Part shown: positions 24,477 to 34,420 of the stretch, one piece after another | Numbering within the stretch: the stretch's first letter is position 1 | How the letters are laid out: every line of letters begins with the position of its first letter | DNA from: an uncultured Chloroflexia bacterium | Lineage (GTDB): Bacteria > Chloroflexota > Limnocylindria > Limnocylindrales > CSP1-4 | Length of the DNA: 64,000 nt | Direction of reading: 5' to 3' | Assembly (NCBI GenBank): GCA_963707215.1 | Contig: CAVPPB010000003.1 | Coordinates: 640,001 to 704,000, forward strand | Program-made: the position numbers and the translations under genes | The notes under the pieces: generated by a model | Told to the model about the DNA's origin: nothing | The model's input: the letters and a program-made list of their open reading frames with translations, nothing else | Database searches by the model: none

Positions 24477-26400
24477 TCACCCGATCTCCCCGACGTCGAC
24501 CAGGTCCTCGCCGAAGATCCGTCGCGCCTCCGACACGAGCGTCGAGCCGTCCTCGTCCACCGGGAGCTCGGCCCATCCGTCGACGTTCGTGGCGACGCAG
24601 CGGACCGTCACCGACCGCCCGAGGAAGTGGCCGATCCCCTCCTCCAGGTTGCCCCGCCGGCGCTCGGCCACGTCCTTCAGGAAGGCCTGCCCCTCCGGGA
24701 AGCCGAGTGTGATTACCGCTCCCTCCACCGCGACGGGCCGACAGGCGCTGATGAGCGGCTTGGTGGGCGGGTGCTGGCTGATGTAGGTGACGATCTCCGG
24801 CCACTGGTCGCGCAGGGCGTCCAGCGTGCCGGCGTCGCTGGACGCCTGCGGCGCGGCCGCCCGATGCGGCTCGGACGTCGGCTTCGGCACCTCCACGAGC
24901 AGGGCCTGGGCCGGCGGGCTGGACCCAGCCGCTCCGACCTCTGGTGGCGCCAGCAACGGCTCGGGCGCGGGCGCGGGCTCGGGCGCGGGCGCGGGCTCAG
25001 CGCGGGCGCGGGCTCTAGCGCGGGCTCTGGCTCTAGCGCGGGCTCTGGCTCTAGCGCGGGCTCTGGCTCTAGCGCGGGCTCTGGCTCTAGCGCGGGCTCT
25101 GGCTCTGGCGCGGTCGCGGGCTCTGGTTCGTGCTCGTGCTCGGGGCTCGGGGCGTCGGGGACGGCCCGCCGGGTAGCCGCCGACCTCGACGGCCTGCGCA
25201 CCGTCCCGCCCTCAGGCCGGCCGCCGAGGTCGGGCGCATCGGGCGTGTCGGGCGTTCCGGATGCGTCGGGCGTGCCGGACCCGAGGGTCGCCGCCGCGAC
25301 GGCCCGAGGATCGACGCGTCGCGACCCCACGGGGGCGGGCTCGAGCGTCACCTCAGAGCTGACCGAGGGGTCCCCGAGGAGGGTCAGTTCGAGCTGGAAG
25401 CGCAGACCGCCGGGACCGGCGCGCGTCGGGTCGACGGAAGCCAGCGCCGATGCCGCGACAGCGAGCCGGCCGAGCGCCGATGGATCGCCGCCGCTGGTGA
25501 GGCGCTCGACGATCGCCGAGCGCAGCTCGTCGACGACCTGATCCAGGAACGAGCGCAGGTCGCGCCCACGATCCTCCAGCTCGGCCAGGATGGCCAACCC
25601 GGCAGCGGCGTCGTGCTCCACGAGCGCCCGCACGAACCCGTCGACTTCGTCCGCCTCGGCGAGGCCCAGGAGCTCGCGGACCTGATCCGCGGTGAGCCGG
25701 CCGTCGCCCGAGGAGAGCAGCTGGTCGAGCATCGATTCCGCGTCGCGCATACCGCCGGAGGCGAGGCGAGCGACCAGCCCGATCGCCTCCTCGTCGGCGT
25801 CTCGGCCGTCGGCAGCGAGGATGGTCCGCAGCTTCCCCTCGATCTCGGCAACCGACAGGCGCCGGAAGTCGAACCTCTGCACGCGCGACAGGACAGCGGG
25901 TCGGATCTGGGAGCTGTCCGTCGTGCAGAACACGAAGACGACGTGGTCGGGTGGTTCCTCGAGCGTCTTGAGGAGCAGGTCCCAGCCTTCCTTGATCCGC
26001 TGGACCTCGTCGACGATGAAGACCTTCCGGACGAAGATCCGACGGGGCCGTGTAGATCCGCGGCAGGAGCTCGCGGATGTCATCGACCCGGTTGTTGGAT
26101 GCGGCATCGAGCTCGATCACGTCGAGCGCCCGACCCTCGCGGATGGCGACGCAGCTGGAGCAACGGTCGCAGGGCTCGCCGCCGTTCGGTTCGCAGGCAG
26201 TTGATGGCCTTGGCGACGATCCGTGCCAGTGACGTCTTGCCGGTCCCGCGGGGCCCGACGAAGAGGAGGGCGTGGGCCAGCCGGCCGGTACGGACGGCGT
26301 TCCGGAGCGTCTCGACGACCGGTGTCTGGCCGACGATCTGGCTGAACGTCTGGGCCCGCCAGCGTCGGTACAACGCCTGGTGCGGGCTGGTGGACGTCAT
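24477..26400 (-). CDS. dnaX: DNA polymerase III subunit gamma/tau (three frameshifts near 26193, 26030 and 24998)
   Basis: [17 protein letters not shown]4 zinc site, [22 protein letters not shown] across three frames; C-terminal domain in a further segment. Confidence 0.93.
25011..25100. repeat. 18-bp tandem repeat x5 (PEPALE) in the dnaX linker
   Basis: GGCTCTAGCGCGGGCTCT at 25011, 25029, 25047, 25065 and 25083; degenerate copies flank it. Confidence 0.93.
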
Positions 26401-26443
26401 CGGCCCTCCGGCTGCGACGACCCGCGGTTCGCGGGATGGCAGT

Positions 26444-26713
26444 ACGCCGTGCACCCACCGTCGATCCGAGCGCCCCCGTGCCCACCGTTCGGACCGGCTC
26501 GGACCAGGCCGATCCGCGGCACCCGACGATCATCGCTTAGTGCTGCTTCCTTCCGGATCTGACACGGTTCGCGAGTCGCCGCTGCGCGGGACCCGGCCCT
26601 CAGCACCGATCGCGAGGGCGGCCTTCGAGGACGGGGACCTCGGGTGGGAGTTCAGCCCTGCTGGAGCGGATTGCAGGTACAGGGCACCGCTAGTTCCCCG
26701 CCTAGCACGGCGT
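26444..26713 (-). ncRNA. ffs: Signal recognition particle RNA, large (Alu-containing) type
   Basis: 5' GCCGTGCTAGGCGGGGAACTAGCGGTGCCCTGTACCTGCAATCCGC (Bacillus scRNA-like), domain IV TCAGATCCGGAAGGAAGCAGCA; upstream of dnaX; extended -10 TGCTATCCT at 26718-26726. Confidence 0.95.
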
Positions 26714-26730
26714 CGACAGGATAGCAGGGG

Positions 26731-26818
26731 TGGCGGAGAGGGCGGGATTCGAACCCGCGATGGGTTGCCCCATACCGCATTTCCAGTGCGGCGCCCTAGG
26801 CCTCTAGGCGACCTCTCC
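26731..26818 (-). tRNA. tRNA-Ser(GGA)
   Basis: GGAGAGG acceptor, loop CT-GGA-AA, long variable arm, G73-CCA. Confidence 0.96.
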
Positions 26819-26865
26819 ACGGGCCGGGATCAGCCGGCCCGGCGGGCCGGCCAGAGGTGTCGTGG

Positions 26866-26952
<87 letters not shown>

Positions 26953-26988
26953 GCGGGGGATGGTACCAAGAGGCGACCGAGTGGGCGG

Positions 26989-27434
26989 TCAACCGCCCTG
27001 GACGAGTCCCGCGAGGAGCTCCTCGGCCTCGTCGCGCCGGATCCCGCTGATGACCTTCATCCGGCGAGGGAGACCGTCGTGCTGGGCCAGCTGGATCACG
27101 GTGCCGGCGGCGCCCTCGATCGGATCGGGCACAGCGAAGACCAGCGTCTCGATGTCGCACTCGAGGAGCGCGCCGACGCACATCGGACATGGCTCGTGGG
27201 TGGCGAAGATCGTCGCGCTCTCCCATCCGGTCCGGCCCGAGCTTGCGGGCGGCCTCGCGCAGGGCCATGACGACGGCATGCGCCGTCGGATCGCTCGTCT
27301 CGGCGACCCGCTCGTGCGAGCGGGCCACCATCGCCTCGTCGACGACCGCGACGGCAGCGCTCGGGCGCTCGCCGAGCGACCGGGCGCAACTGGGCCTCCG
27401 CGAGCGCTTCGCCCATGTACAGCTCGTAGTTCAT
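26989..27434 (-). CDS. tadA: TadA-like nucleoside deaminase lacking the catalytic Glu (HAV); two +1 indels near 27386 and 27223
   Basis: Frame-corrected MNYELYMGEALAEAQLARSLGERP...DPTAHAVVMALREAARKLG..ATHEPCPMCVGAL; at the tadA-ffs-dnaX locus; -10 TATCAT 7 nt before ATG. Confidence 0.82.
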
Positions 27435-27585
27435 CGGGCTGATGATACCGGCCCGGGGCGACCGGCCGCGCCACCTCGCCCCCTAGCCCGAGACACGGGA
27501 CCACCGGGCCGTCGTACGATCCAGGGCGGCCGGCATCATCCGGTCCCCGCGACCACGACCCGAGCCCCGGAGGGCCCCGACGACC

Positions 27586-28765
27586 ATGACGACCCAGCGC
27601 CGCATCGGCATCCTCACCGGCGGGGGCGACGTCCCCGGCCTCAACAGCGTCATCAAGAGCGTCGTCTACCGCGCCGGGGAGATGGGCGACGAGGTCGTCG
27701 GCATCCGGCGCGGCTGGAAGGGCCTCACCCACCTGCCGCCGGGCGAGGACCTGGACGGCGAGTGGGTCCGGCCCTTGGACCGGATCAACACCCGGACGAT
27801 CGACCGGACCGGTGGGACGATCCTCCACACCTCCCGGACCAACCCCCGCAAGATGAGCGGGAAGCGGCTGCCTCCACACCTGTCAGCAGAGCGCACCGCC
27901 TCGATGGCCGTGGCCGACGACCTCTACGACCTGACACCGGTCGTCCTCGACAACATCGAGCGCCTGGGGATCACCGACCTGATCGCGATCGGCGGTGATG
28001 ACACGCTCTCGTACTGCGCGAACCCTCGATGCCGCCGGGATCTCGCTCATGGCGGTCCCCAAGACGATGGACAACGATGTCCAGGGCACCGAGTACTGCA
28101 TCGGGTTCTCCTCGGCGATCACCCGGGCCAAGGAGCTCCTGAATCGGCAGCGGACCACTCTCGGCAGTCACGAGCGCATCGGCGTCTTCCGGATCTTCGG
28201 CCGCGATGCCGGCTTCACTGCTCTCTATACGGCATACGTCGCGTCTGCCCGATGCGTCATCCCGGAGGTCCGCTACGACCTGGACCGGCTGGCCGCCCTC
28301 CTGGCCGACGACCATCGGAGCAACCCGAGCCACTACGCCATCGTCATCACCGCCGAGGGCGCGATCTGGGAGGGGGCCAGGATGGTCGACGTCGGCGACG
28401 CGGATGCCTTCGGCCATCGCCACAAGGCGAACGTCGGCGACGCGCTTGCCGCCGAGATCAAGACCCGGACGGGGATCGAGACCCTGGCCTCGGAGCTGAC
28501 CTACGACCTGCGCAGCGGCGAGCCCGACTCGCTCGACTCCATGGTGGCGACGACGTTCGCCAACATCGCCATGGACCTCATCGCCGACGGCCACACCGGC
28601 CTCATGACAGCCGTCCGGGGCGGCCGCTATGCGACCGCTCCCCTGCCCCCCGAGGGCCTCGGACCGCGGACCGTGGACGTCGATGCGCTGTACAACGTGG
28701 AGCGCTTCCGACCCCGCTACGACGGCCGCCTCGGGGACCCGGTCCTGCTGGTCTCCGTGACCTGA
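27586..28765 (+). CDS. pfkA: 6-phosphofructokinase, likely PPi-dependent type (frameshift near 28015)
   Basis: TGGGDVPGLN, GGTILHTSR, GGDDT, PKTMDND. Confidence 0.9.
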
Positions 28766-28792
28766 GCCACGACCAGCCGCGGGCGGCGGCGC

Positions 28793-29668
28793 TCAATCGA
28801 GGCCGGCCAGCTCGCGGAGCGGCCGGGCCACCGCTGACACATCGTCGTCGGCGTGGCCTCGGGCGATGAGCCCCGTCTCGAGTTGCTCGCAGAGCGCCAC
28901 GACCGGCAGGGCGACGCCGACCTCCCGGGCGAGGTCGAGGGCGATGCCGAGGTCCTTGCGGTGGAGGGCGACCCGGAACCCAGGCGGGTACTCGCCGGCG
29001 ATCATCCGCCCCGAGCGGTTGGCCAGGACCCAGCCCTGCGCCGCCCCGCCCGACAGTGCGGTCACGACCTGGCCCGGATCGAGGCCGGCCTTGGTCGCCA
29101 GGACGATGCCCTCGGCGACGCCGAGGTAGACCCCGGCCAGGATGGCCTGGTTGACGGCCTTGGCGGCCTGGCCCGCTCCGACCGAGCCCAGATGGGTAAC
29201 CGTCCGTCCGAGCGTCTCGAGGAGCGGGCGGGCCCGGGCGACATCGGTCTCCAGCCCGCCGACCAGGATCGCCAGGGTCGCATCGCGGGCACCCTCGGGG
29301 CCACCGGTCACGGGGGCATCGACGAAGCCGACGCCGCGCTCCGCCAGCACCCCGGCGATGGCACGGCTGGCAGCTGGTGCGATCGTCGAGCAGTCGACGA
29401 CGAGCGAGCCGGGAGCGACCCCCTCTCCGATGCCTCCGGCGCCGAGGACGACCGCCTCGACGTCCGGGGTGTCGGACACGCAGATGAAGGTGACCTCGGC
29501 GGCGGCGGCGGCCTCGGCCGGGGACGACGCCTCCTTCGCCCCCATGGCGACGAGGGACGCTGCGCGCCCGGGCGTCCGGTTCCACACGGTGACATCGTGA
29601 CCCGCCTTCAGCAGGTTCGCGGCCATGGCCGAGCCCATCGAGCCGAGTCCCACGAATCCGAGTCGCAC
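28793..29668 (-). CDS. NAD(P)-dependent beta-hydroxyacid dehydrogenase (3-hydroxyisobutyrate DH / tartronate semialdehyde reductase family)
   Basis: GFVGLGSMG, DAPVTGG, catalytic KAVNQ, KDL; AAGGAGG SD. Confidence 0.92.
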   Translation of the reverse strand: MRLGFVGLGSMGSAMAANLLKAGHDVTVWNRTPGRAASLVAMGAKEASSPAEAAAAAEVTFICVSDTPDVEAVVLGAGGIGEGVAPGSLVVDCSTIAPAASRAIAGVLAERGVGFVDAPVTGGPEGARDATLAILVGGLETDVARARPLLETLGRTVTHLGSVGAGQAAKAVNQAILAGVYLGVAEGIVLATKAGLDPGQVVTALSGGAAQGWVLANRSGRMIAGEYPPGFRVALHRKDLGIALDLAREVGVALPVVALCEQLETGLIARGHADDDVSAVARPLRELAGLD

Positions 29669-29825
29669 GGCGTCACCTCCTTGGTAGGCCTGCCCCGGCC
29701 GGGCGGGCTGCCCGATGGTAGTGGACCGACGGCCTGTGGTCGCCGACCGGTGGCCGCGGCCGAACCGCTGCGCGGACCAGCGCATCGGGCCGGCTGAGCG
29801 AGCCCGGATCCCGAGGACCGGCCGC

Positions 29826-30956
29826 TCAGGCGGCGATCGTGAAGTCGGCGAAGAGGATGGAGGCCAGGACCAGCGCCAGCGCCAGGTTCAGCACGGTGGC
29901 GGAGGCGAAGACGATCACCGGCCGGACGCCCGTCTCACGCAATGACGTCAGGCGGAACTCGAGGCCGATGCAGACGAACGCCAGGGTGAAGAACCAGACC
30001 CGCAGCTCGTTGACGGCCTTGATCGCCGCTTTGGCCGCGTCCGGGTCGCTGGCGGTCTCCAGGAACCAGGTCGCGACCGCCGATGCCACCACGAACCCGA
30101 TGATGAACTTCGGGAAGCGATGCCACAGCGTGGAGAGCGGGACCGAGGCCCCGGGGGTCCGCTCGACGCGGTAGACGAACCAGACAGTGAGCAGGAACGC
30201 GACGACGCCCATCATGGCGTTCTGGACCTGCTTGACGATCGCTGCGATCGACAGGGCGTCCTCGCCGACGATCGAGCCAGCGGCCGTCACGGCGGCCGTG
30301 GTGTCGATGTTGCCACCGATCCAGGCGCCGGCCACGACCTGCGAAAGGCCGAGCTGCTCGGCGAGCCAGGGTTGGATGAAGATCGACGGCAGGGCGAACA
30401 GGATGACCAGGCTGGCCACGTAGGCGAGCTGCTCCTTCTTCGCCGCGACGGCCCCGGCAGCCGCGATCGCCGCAGACACCCCGCAGATGGAGACGCTCGC
30501 GGACAGCAGTGCGCGGAGCTTCTCCTCGACCCCCAGCAGCCCGGCCAGGAACCAGGTGAAGAGGAAGACGGTGGTGATGAGGATCACCGACTGGACGATG
30601 GCGGGACCGGCGGCCTGGGCGATGACCGTCAGGTTGATGGAGGCACCAAGCAGGACGAGGCCGGTCTTGATGAAGAACTCGGTCCGGAATGCGATCTTGA
30701 CGCGGTCCCGGATGCCGAGCGCCCCCAAGACCGCGCCGGCGAGCAGGCCGATCGCGATGGCATACACCGGGAACTCGACCGACTTGATCCAGTCGATGTC
30801 GGGGAAGAACAGCGGGAGGTTCTTCTCCAGGAGTCGGACGAGCCAGGCCAGAGAGAGGACGATCGCCAGCGAGAGCGCGGCTCGACCCCACCAGCGCGTG
30901 TCACGGACCTCGACCCGCTCGGCGGCCTCGGCGGCCTCGGCGGCCTCGGCGGTCAT
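29826..30956 (-). CDS. YeiH / putative sulfate exporter family membrane protein
   Basis: EFFIKTGLVLLG, SICGVSAAIA, GGNIDTT, FPKFIIGF. Confidence 0.88.
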   Translation of the reverse strand: MTAEAAEAAEAAERVEVRDTRWWGRAALSLAIVLSLAWLVRLLEKNLPLFFPDIDWIKSVEFPVYAIAIGLLAGAVLGALGIRDRVKIAFRTEFFIKTGLVLLGASINLTVIAQAAGPAIVQSVILITTVFLFTWFLAGLLGVEEKLRALLSASVSICGVSAAIAAAGAVAAKKEQLAYVASLVILFALPSIFIQPWLAEQLGLSQVVAGAWIGGNIDTTAAVTAAGSIVGEDALSIAAIVKQVQNAMMGVVAFLLTVWFVYRVERTPGASVPLSTLWHRFPKFIIGFVVASAVATWFLETASDPDAAKAAIKAVNELRVWFFTLAFVCIGLEFRLTSLRETGVRPVIVFASATVLNLALALVLASILFADFTIAA

Positions 30957-31132
30957 GTGGTTACCAGGGTCGGAACCAGGCCTCCGACGAGGGTGCCGGT
31001 GATCACGCCAGCGAGAGCCAGCGCCAGCAGTACCAGACCGAAGATGGTCGCGGCCCAGTCCTCGTTGATCGAGAAGCGACCCTGCGCCTCCGGTTCGGAC
31101 GGGGGATCGACCGGCTGATGGTCGCTGCTCAT
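30953..31132 (-). CDS. 59-aa single-TM protein with NEDW motif, coupled to YeiH (absent from ORF track)
   Basis: GAGGAG SD; MSSDHQPVDPPSEPEAQGRFSINEDWAATIFGLVLLALALAGVITG...; TGA overlaps the YeiH ATG. Confidence 0.75.
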   Translation of the reverse strand: MSSDHQPVDPPSEPEAQGRFSINEDWAATIFGLVLLALALAGVITGTLVGGLVPTLVTT

Positions 31133-31412
31133 CGCTCCTCCAGCGGGCCGCGGCCCCGACGGCCGGCATGCTCTACTAGACCGGTGGGACTACTTCCGAC
31201 GGACGACGACGATACACCTCAGCACGAGGGAGATCCGGTCGGATCCGCACGGCCGAACGACGGGACAGGCTGGCGTCGGACAGATACAACTGGAACCGAC
31301 ACCCAGGGTGGCGCACGAGGACCGGATGGCACGTCGTCGTGGGGCCCGACGGTAGACGGGTCCAGTCCGGTTCCGGCTCGCCGCCGACCGCCGACCGCCG
31401 GCGCGGACCGGG

Positions 31413-32627
31413 TCAGCCTGGCTCGGGCTCCGCGCCCTTCGGCGGACGCCCCAGGAACCCCCTGAACGCCCGCAGCGAGTCGCGCGGCCTGAGGGCCAGG
31501 ACCACGGCCGTGAGGACGAAGTAGACGATCGTGATCGTGCCCCGCGTCTCCGGCAGGAGCATCTGGACGATGAAGAGTCCGAACAGCGCCCCGGCGCCGA
31601 TGAGCGACAGGCGCAGGTTCAGGAGCAGCGCGACCGCGAACAGCGACTGGGCGGCGGTCAGCAGGATCTCGTCCTGCTGGCGGGCGTCGAGGGGCAGCGC
31701 CGAGGGCTCGCCTCGGCCGATCGAGTAGACCAGCGGGAGCATCGCCACCAGGAGCGTCCACTGGTTGATCTTCGAGCTGACCAGGGTGCCGAGGGCCGCG
31801 GTGGTCGCGCCGCGCCAGGCGAACAGGGCGACGACGACGAACTCGGGGGCCTCCGACGCCAGCGGCGCCAGCCACTGGACCAGGAGGAACTCGTCGATGC
31901 CGACCGCCACGCCGGTCTCCACCAGCGAGGTCGCGAACGGCTTGGCCACCAGGAGGATCGCAACGGCAGCGACGATCGCCAGGGCGGCCACGGCGGCCCG
32001 ACGAGGCCAGGGCGGCAGGCTGCCGATCAGGAGCGCCGGACCGACCAGGTGGGGCGGCTCGGCGGGAAGGCGGGCCACCCGCCAGATGTAGAAGACGAAG
32101 AAGCTCACCAGGACCGCCATGTCGACGAGGGCGATCCCCTCGCGGAACGGCAGGGTGAACGCGTAGACCGTGGCGGCCAGGAGGACGATCAGCTCCAGGC
32201 CGTGGCCATCCTGCAGGCTGATCGAGGTCTTGCGGAAGCGGATCCAGGCCAGGACGACGACCATCGGCCAGGCGATGCCGATGAGGAGACGGTTGGCCCC
32301 GGTCATGTTGGCGACCGCGTAGCCGGCGTAGGCCGGGTCCTCGGCGGCCAGATAGGCGAAGGTCGCGTCGACCACGTACTCGGGCAGGATCGCGATGAGA
32401 GCCAGCAGCGCGAGCGCGAGGCCCTGGCTGAAGTCGAGCTGGACGACCTCGGCCGCCCAGGAAAGCAGGAACGCCGCTCCGACGATGGCGATGCCATAGA
32501 CGAGCGCCTTGAGGGGATCGGCGAGACCGACCCCGCCCAGGACCAGGTAGGCGCCGGGGACCATGACGGCCGCCGCGATGGCCACCAGGAGCCAGCTGCG
32601 GGCGGAGGGTCGGGACGCGTCGCTCAT
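31413..32627 (-). CDS. Sodium:calcium antiporter (CaCA) family protein
   Basis: Alpha-repeat motifs ILPEY..D/ANMTGANR and PLASEAPE/SSKINQ; ~11 TM helices. Confidence 0.88.
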   Translation of the reverse strand: MSDASRPSARSWLLVAIAAAVMVPGAYLVLGGVGLADPLKALVYGIAIVGAAFLLSWAAEVVQLDFSQGLALALLALIAILPEYVVDATFAYLAAEDPAYAGYAVANMTGANRLLIGIAWPMVVVLAWIRFRKTSISLQDGHGLELIVLLAATVYAFTLPFREGIALVDMAVLVSFFVFYIWRVARLPAEPPHLVGPALLIGSLPPWPRRAAVAALAIVAAVAILLVAKPFATSLVETGVAVGIDEFLLVQWLAPLASEAPEFVVVALFAWRGATTAALGTLVSSKINQWTLLVAMLPLVYSIGRGEPSALPLDARQQDEILLTAAQSLFAVALLLNLRLSLIGAGALFGLFIVQMLLPETRGTITIVYFVLTAVVLALRPRDSLRAFRGFLGRPPKGAEPEPG

Positions 32628-32716
32628 ACAGCGGATGTTCGCATGTCGCGGGCCGGCGGATCAGCCCGCGCCATCCCGGGTCGGTCGGCACCCACTCGCG
32701 TGGCCCACGACGCCGA

Positions 32717-34420
32717 TCAGGCGTCCAGCGACCGCTCCGCCCGGTCGTCGGCTGTCGGGGTCCCGATGGAGCCGTAGAGGGCCCTGGCCGCACCCTCGGA
32801 CAGGCGACCCTCACGGACATCCCGGGTGATGAGATCCGGGTCGCGCTCGGCGGGCGGTCCGAACCCTCCGCCGCCCCCCGTCCGGACGACCAGGCGATCA
32901 CCCGGCCCGACACGGACCCGGCACTTGGTGATGACCTCGCTGGTCCCGTCGGTACGCTCCAGCACGACGAGCGCCGGTTGGCCCGAGGATCCGCCCTCGC
33001 TGCCCCAGGCGGCGTGGGACGGCCTGCTCTGCTCCGTGTAGGCGACCAGGTCGCAGGCACCGGTGAACACGTACTCCCGCAGGATCGCCTGGCCGCCCCG
33101 GAGGCGACCGACGCCAGCCGAGTCGATGGCCAGCTCCGTTCGGGCGATCCGCACGGGGTACTGCATCTCGCACACCTCGGCCGGAAGGATCCCGACGTTC
33201 CCAAGGTAGGTGTCGACGCCGTCGAGCCCGTCCCCGGCCGCCGTCCCCCCCATCCCGCCACCGAGGTCGTCCTGGATGACGGTCGGGTCGCCGGTCCGGG
33301 GATGGCGTCCCTCGGCCGCCAGGCTCGAAAAGCCGACGAAGGCCCCGGCGGCACCCGTCTCGGGATACAGCTGCTGGAACGCCCGGATGATCGTGTCGGT
33401 GATGCGCTGGGATGTCAGGTGACGCAGGCTCACCGCAGCCGGGTAGACGGGATCGACGAGGGACGCTCGGGGAAGGCGAACGCGGATGGCCCGGGCCGTG
33501 CCGCTGTTGGGGGGAGCCTCCGGATCGAAGATCGCCTTGACGGCGAACAAGACGGCCGCCATGACCGCCGAGCGTGGCGCGTTCATGCCACCGGCCATCT
33601 GGGATGCGGTCCCCTCGAAGTCGACCTCGACCTCGTCACCCTGGACGCGGACCGTCACCTCGATCCGGATGTCGTCGTTCCCGACTCCGTCGTTGTCGAG
33701 GTAACCCACGGCCGTCGAGCTGCCGTCGGGGCGCGATCGGATGGCGTGGCGCAGCCGTCGCTCCGTCTGGCCGATGACCTCCTGCATCACCCGGTCGACC
33801 GTGGCAAGCCCGTAGCGCTCGATCATGCCCACGATCCGCGTCCCCCCGAGCTTGACGGCAGCGGTCTGAGCCCGCAGATCGCCGAGCGTCGCCCGCGGCT
33901 CACGTACGTTCGCCTCGATGAAGCGGAGCAGCGGCGCGACCGGTCGACCGGCCTCGAAGAGCCGGAGCGGGGGGAACCGCAGCCCTTCCTCGAAGATGGA
34001 GCGGTTGGCGTACCCCTCGGTCCCTGGGTTCGTCCCGCCGATGTCGACATGGTGGGCCAGCGTCCCCGTCCAGGCGACGAGCCGTTCCCCGTGGAAGACG
34101 GGTGCGAACAGGTGGATGTCGGGCGTGTGGGTCCCGCCCCGATAGGGGTCGTTGGCGATGAAGATGTCGCCCGGCTCCAGGGACTCGGGCGGGTGGTCCT
34201 CGATGAGCGCCTGGAGGGCGAAGGCCATCGCACCGAGGAGCGCCGGGATCGTCTCCGACTGGGCCGCCATCTCGCCCCGCGGGGTGAAGACCGCGCAGGA
34301 GTAATCCAGCATCTCGCGGATGATCGGCGAGTACGAGCTGCGTCGGAGCGACTCGCTCATCTCGGTGGTCGTCGCCACGAGGGCGCTGCCGATGGTCGCG
34401 GCGGTGATCGGGTCGGTCAT
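32717..34420 (-). CDS. Hydantoinase B / oxoprolinase family protein (copy 1)
   Basis: SPIIRE..DYSC, NDPYRGGTHTPD, HHVDIGG, EEG, C-terminal TGGGGGFG. Confidence 0.92.
   Translation of the reverse strand: MTDPITAATIGSALVATTTEMSESLRRSSYSPIIREMLDYSCAVFTPRGEMAAQSETIPALLGAMAFALQALIEDHPPESLEPGDIFIANDPYRGGTHTPDIHLFAPVFHGERLVAWTGTLAHHVDIGGTNPGTEGYANRSIFEEGLRFPPLRLFEAGRPVAPLLRFIEANVREPRATLGDLRAQTAAVKLGGTRIVGMIERYGLATVDRVMQEVIGQTERRLRHAIRSRPDGSSTAVGYLDNDGVGNDDIRIEVTVRVQGDEVEVDFEGTASQMAGGMNAPRSAVMAAVLFAVKAIFDPEAPPNSGTARAIRVRLPRASLVDPVYPAAVSLRHLTSQRITDTIIRAFQQLYPETGAAGAFVGFSSLAAEGRHPRTGDPTVIQDDLGGGMGGTAAGDGLDGVDTYLGNVGILPAEVCEMQYPVRIARTELAIDSAGVGRLRGGQAILREYVFTGACDLVAYTEQSRPSHAAWGSEGGSSGQPALVVLERTDGTSEVITKCRVRVGPGDRLVVRTGGGGGFGPPAERDPDLITRDVREGRLSEGAARALYGSIGTPTADDRAERSLDA

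Noticed and set aside
24958-25145. Programmed dnaX frameshift producing a gamma subunit
   Set aside because: The shift is in the linker, but there is no slippery heptamer or poly-A/T run. It matches loss of one A from a CTAGAG repeat unit in an indel-prone assembly.
31326-31355. Micro-ORF MARRRGARR with GAGGA upstream as an Arg-sensing peptide
   Set aside because: No downstream gene on that strand and no terminator; Arg-rich short ORFs are expected by chance at this GC content.
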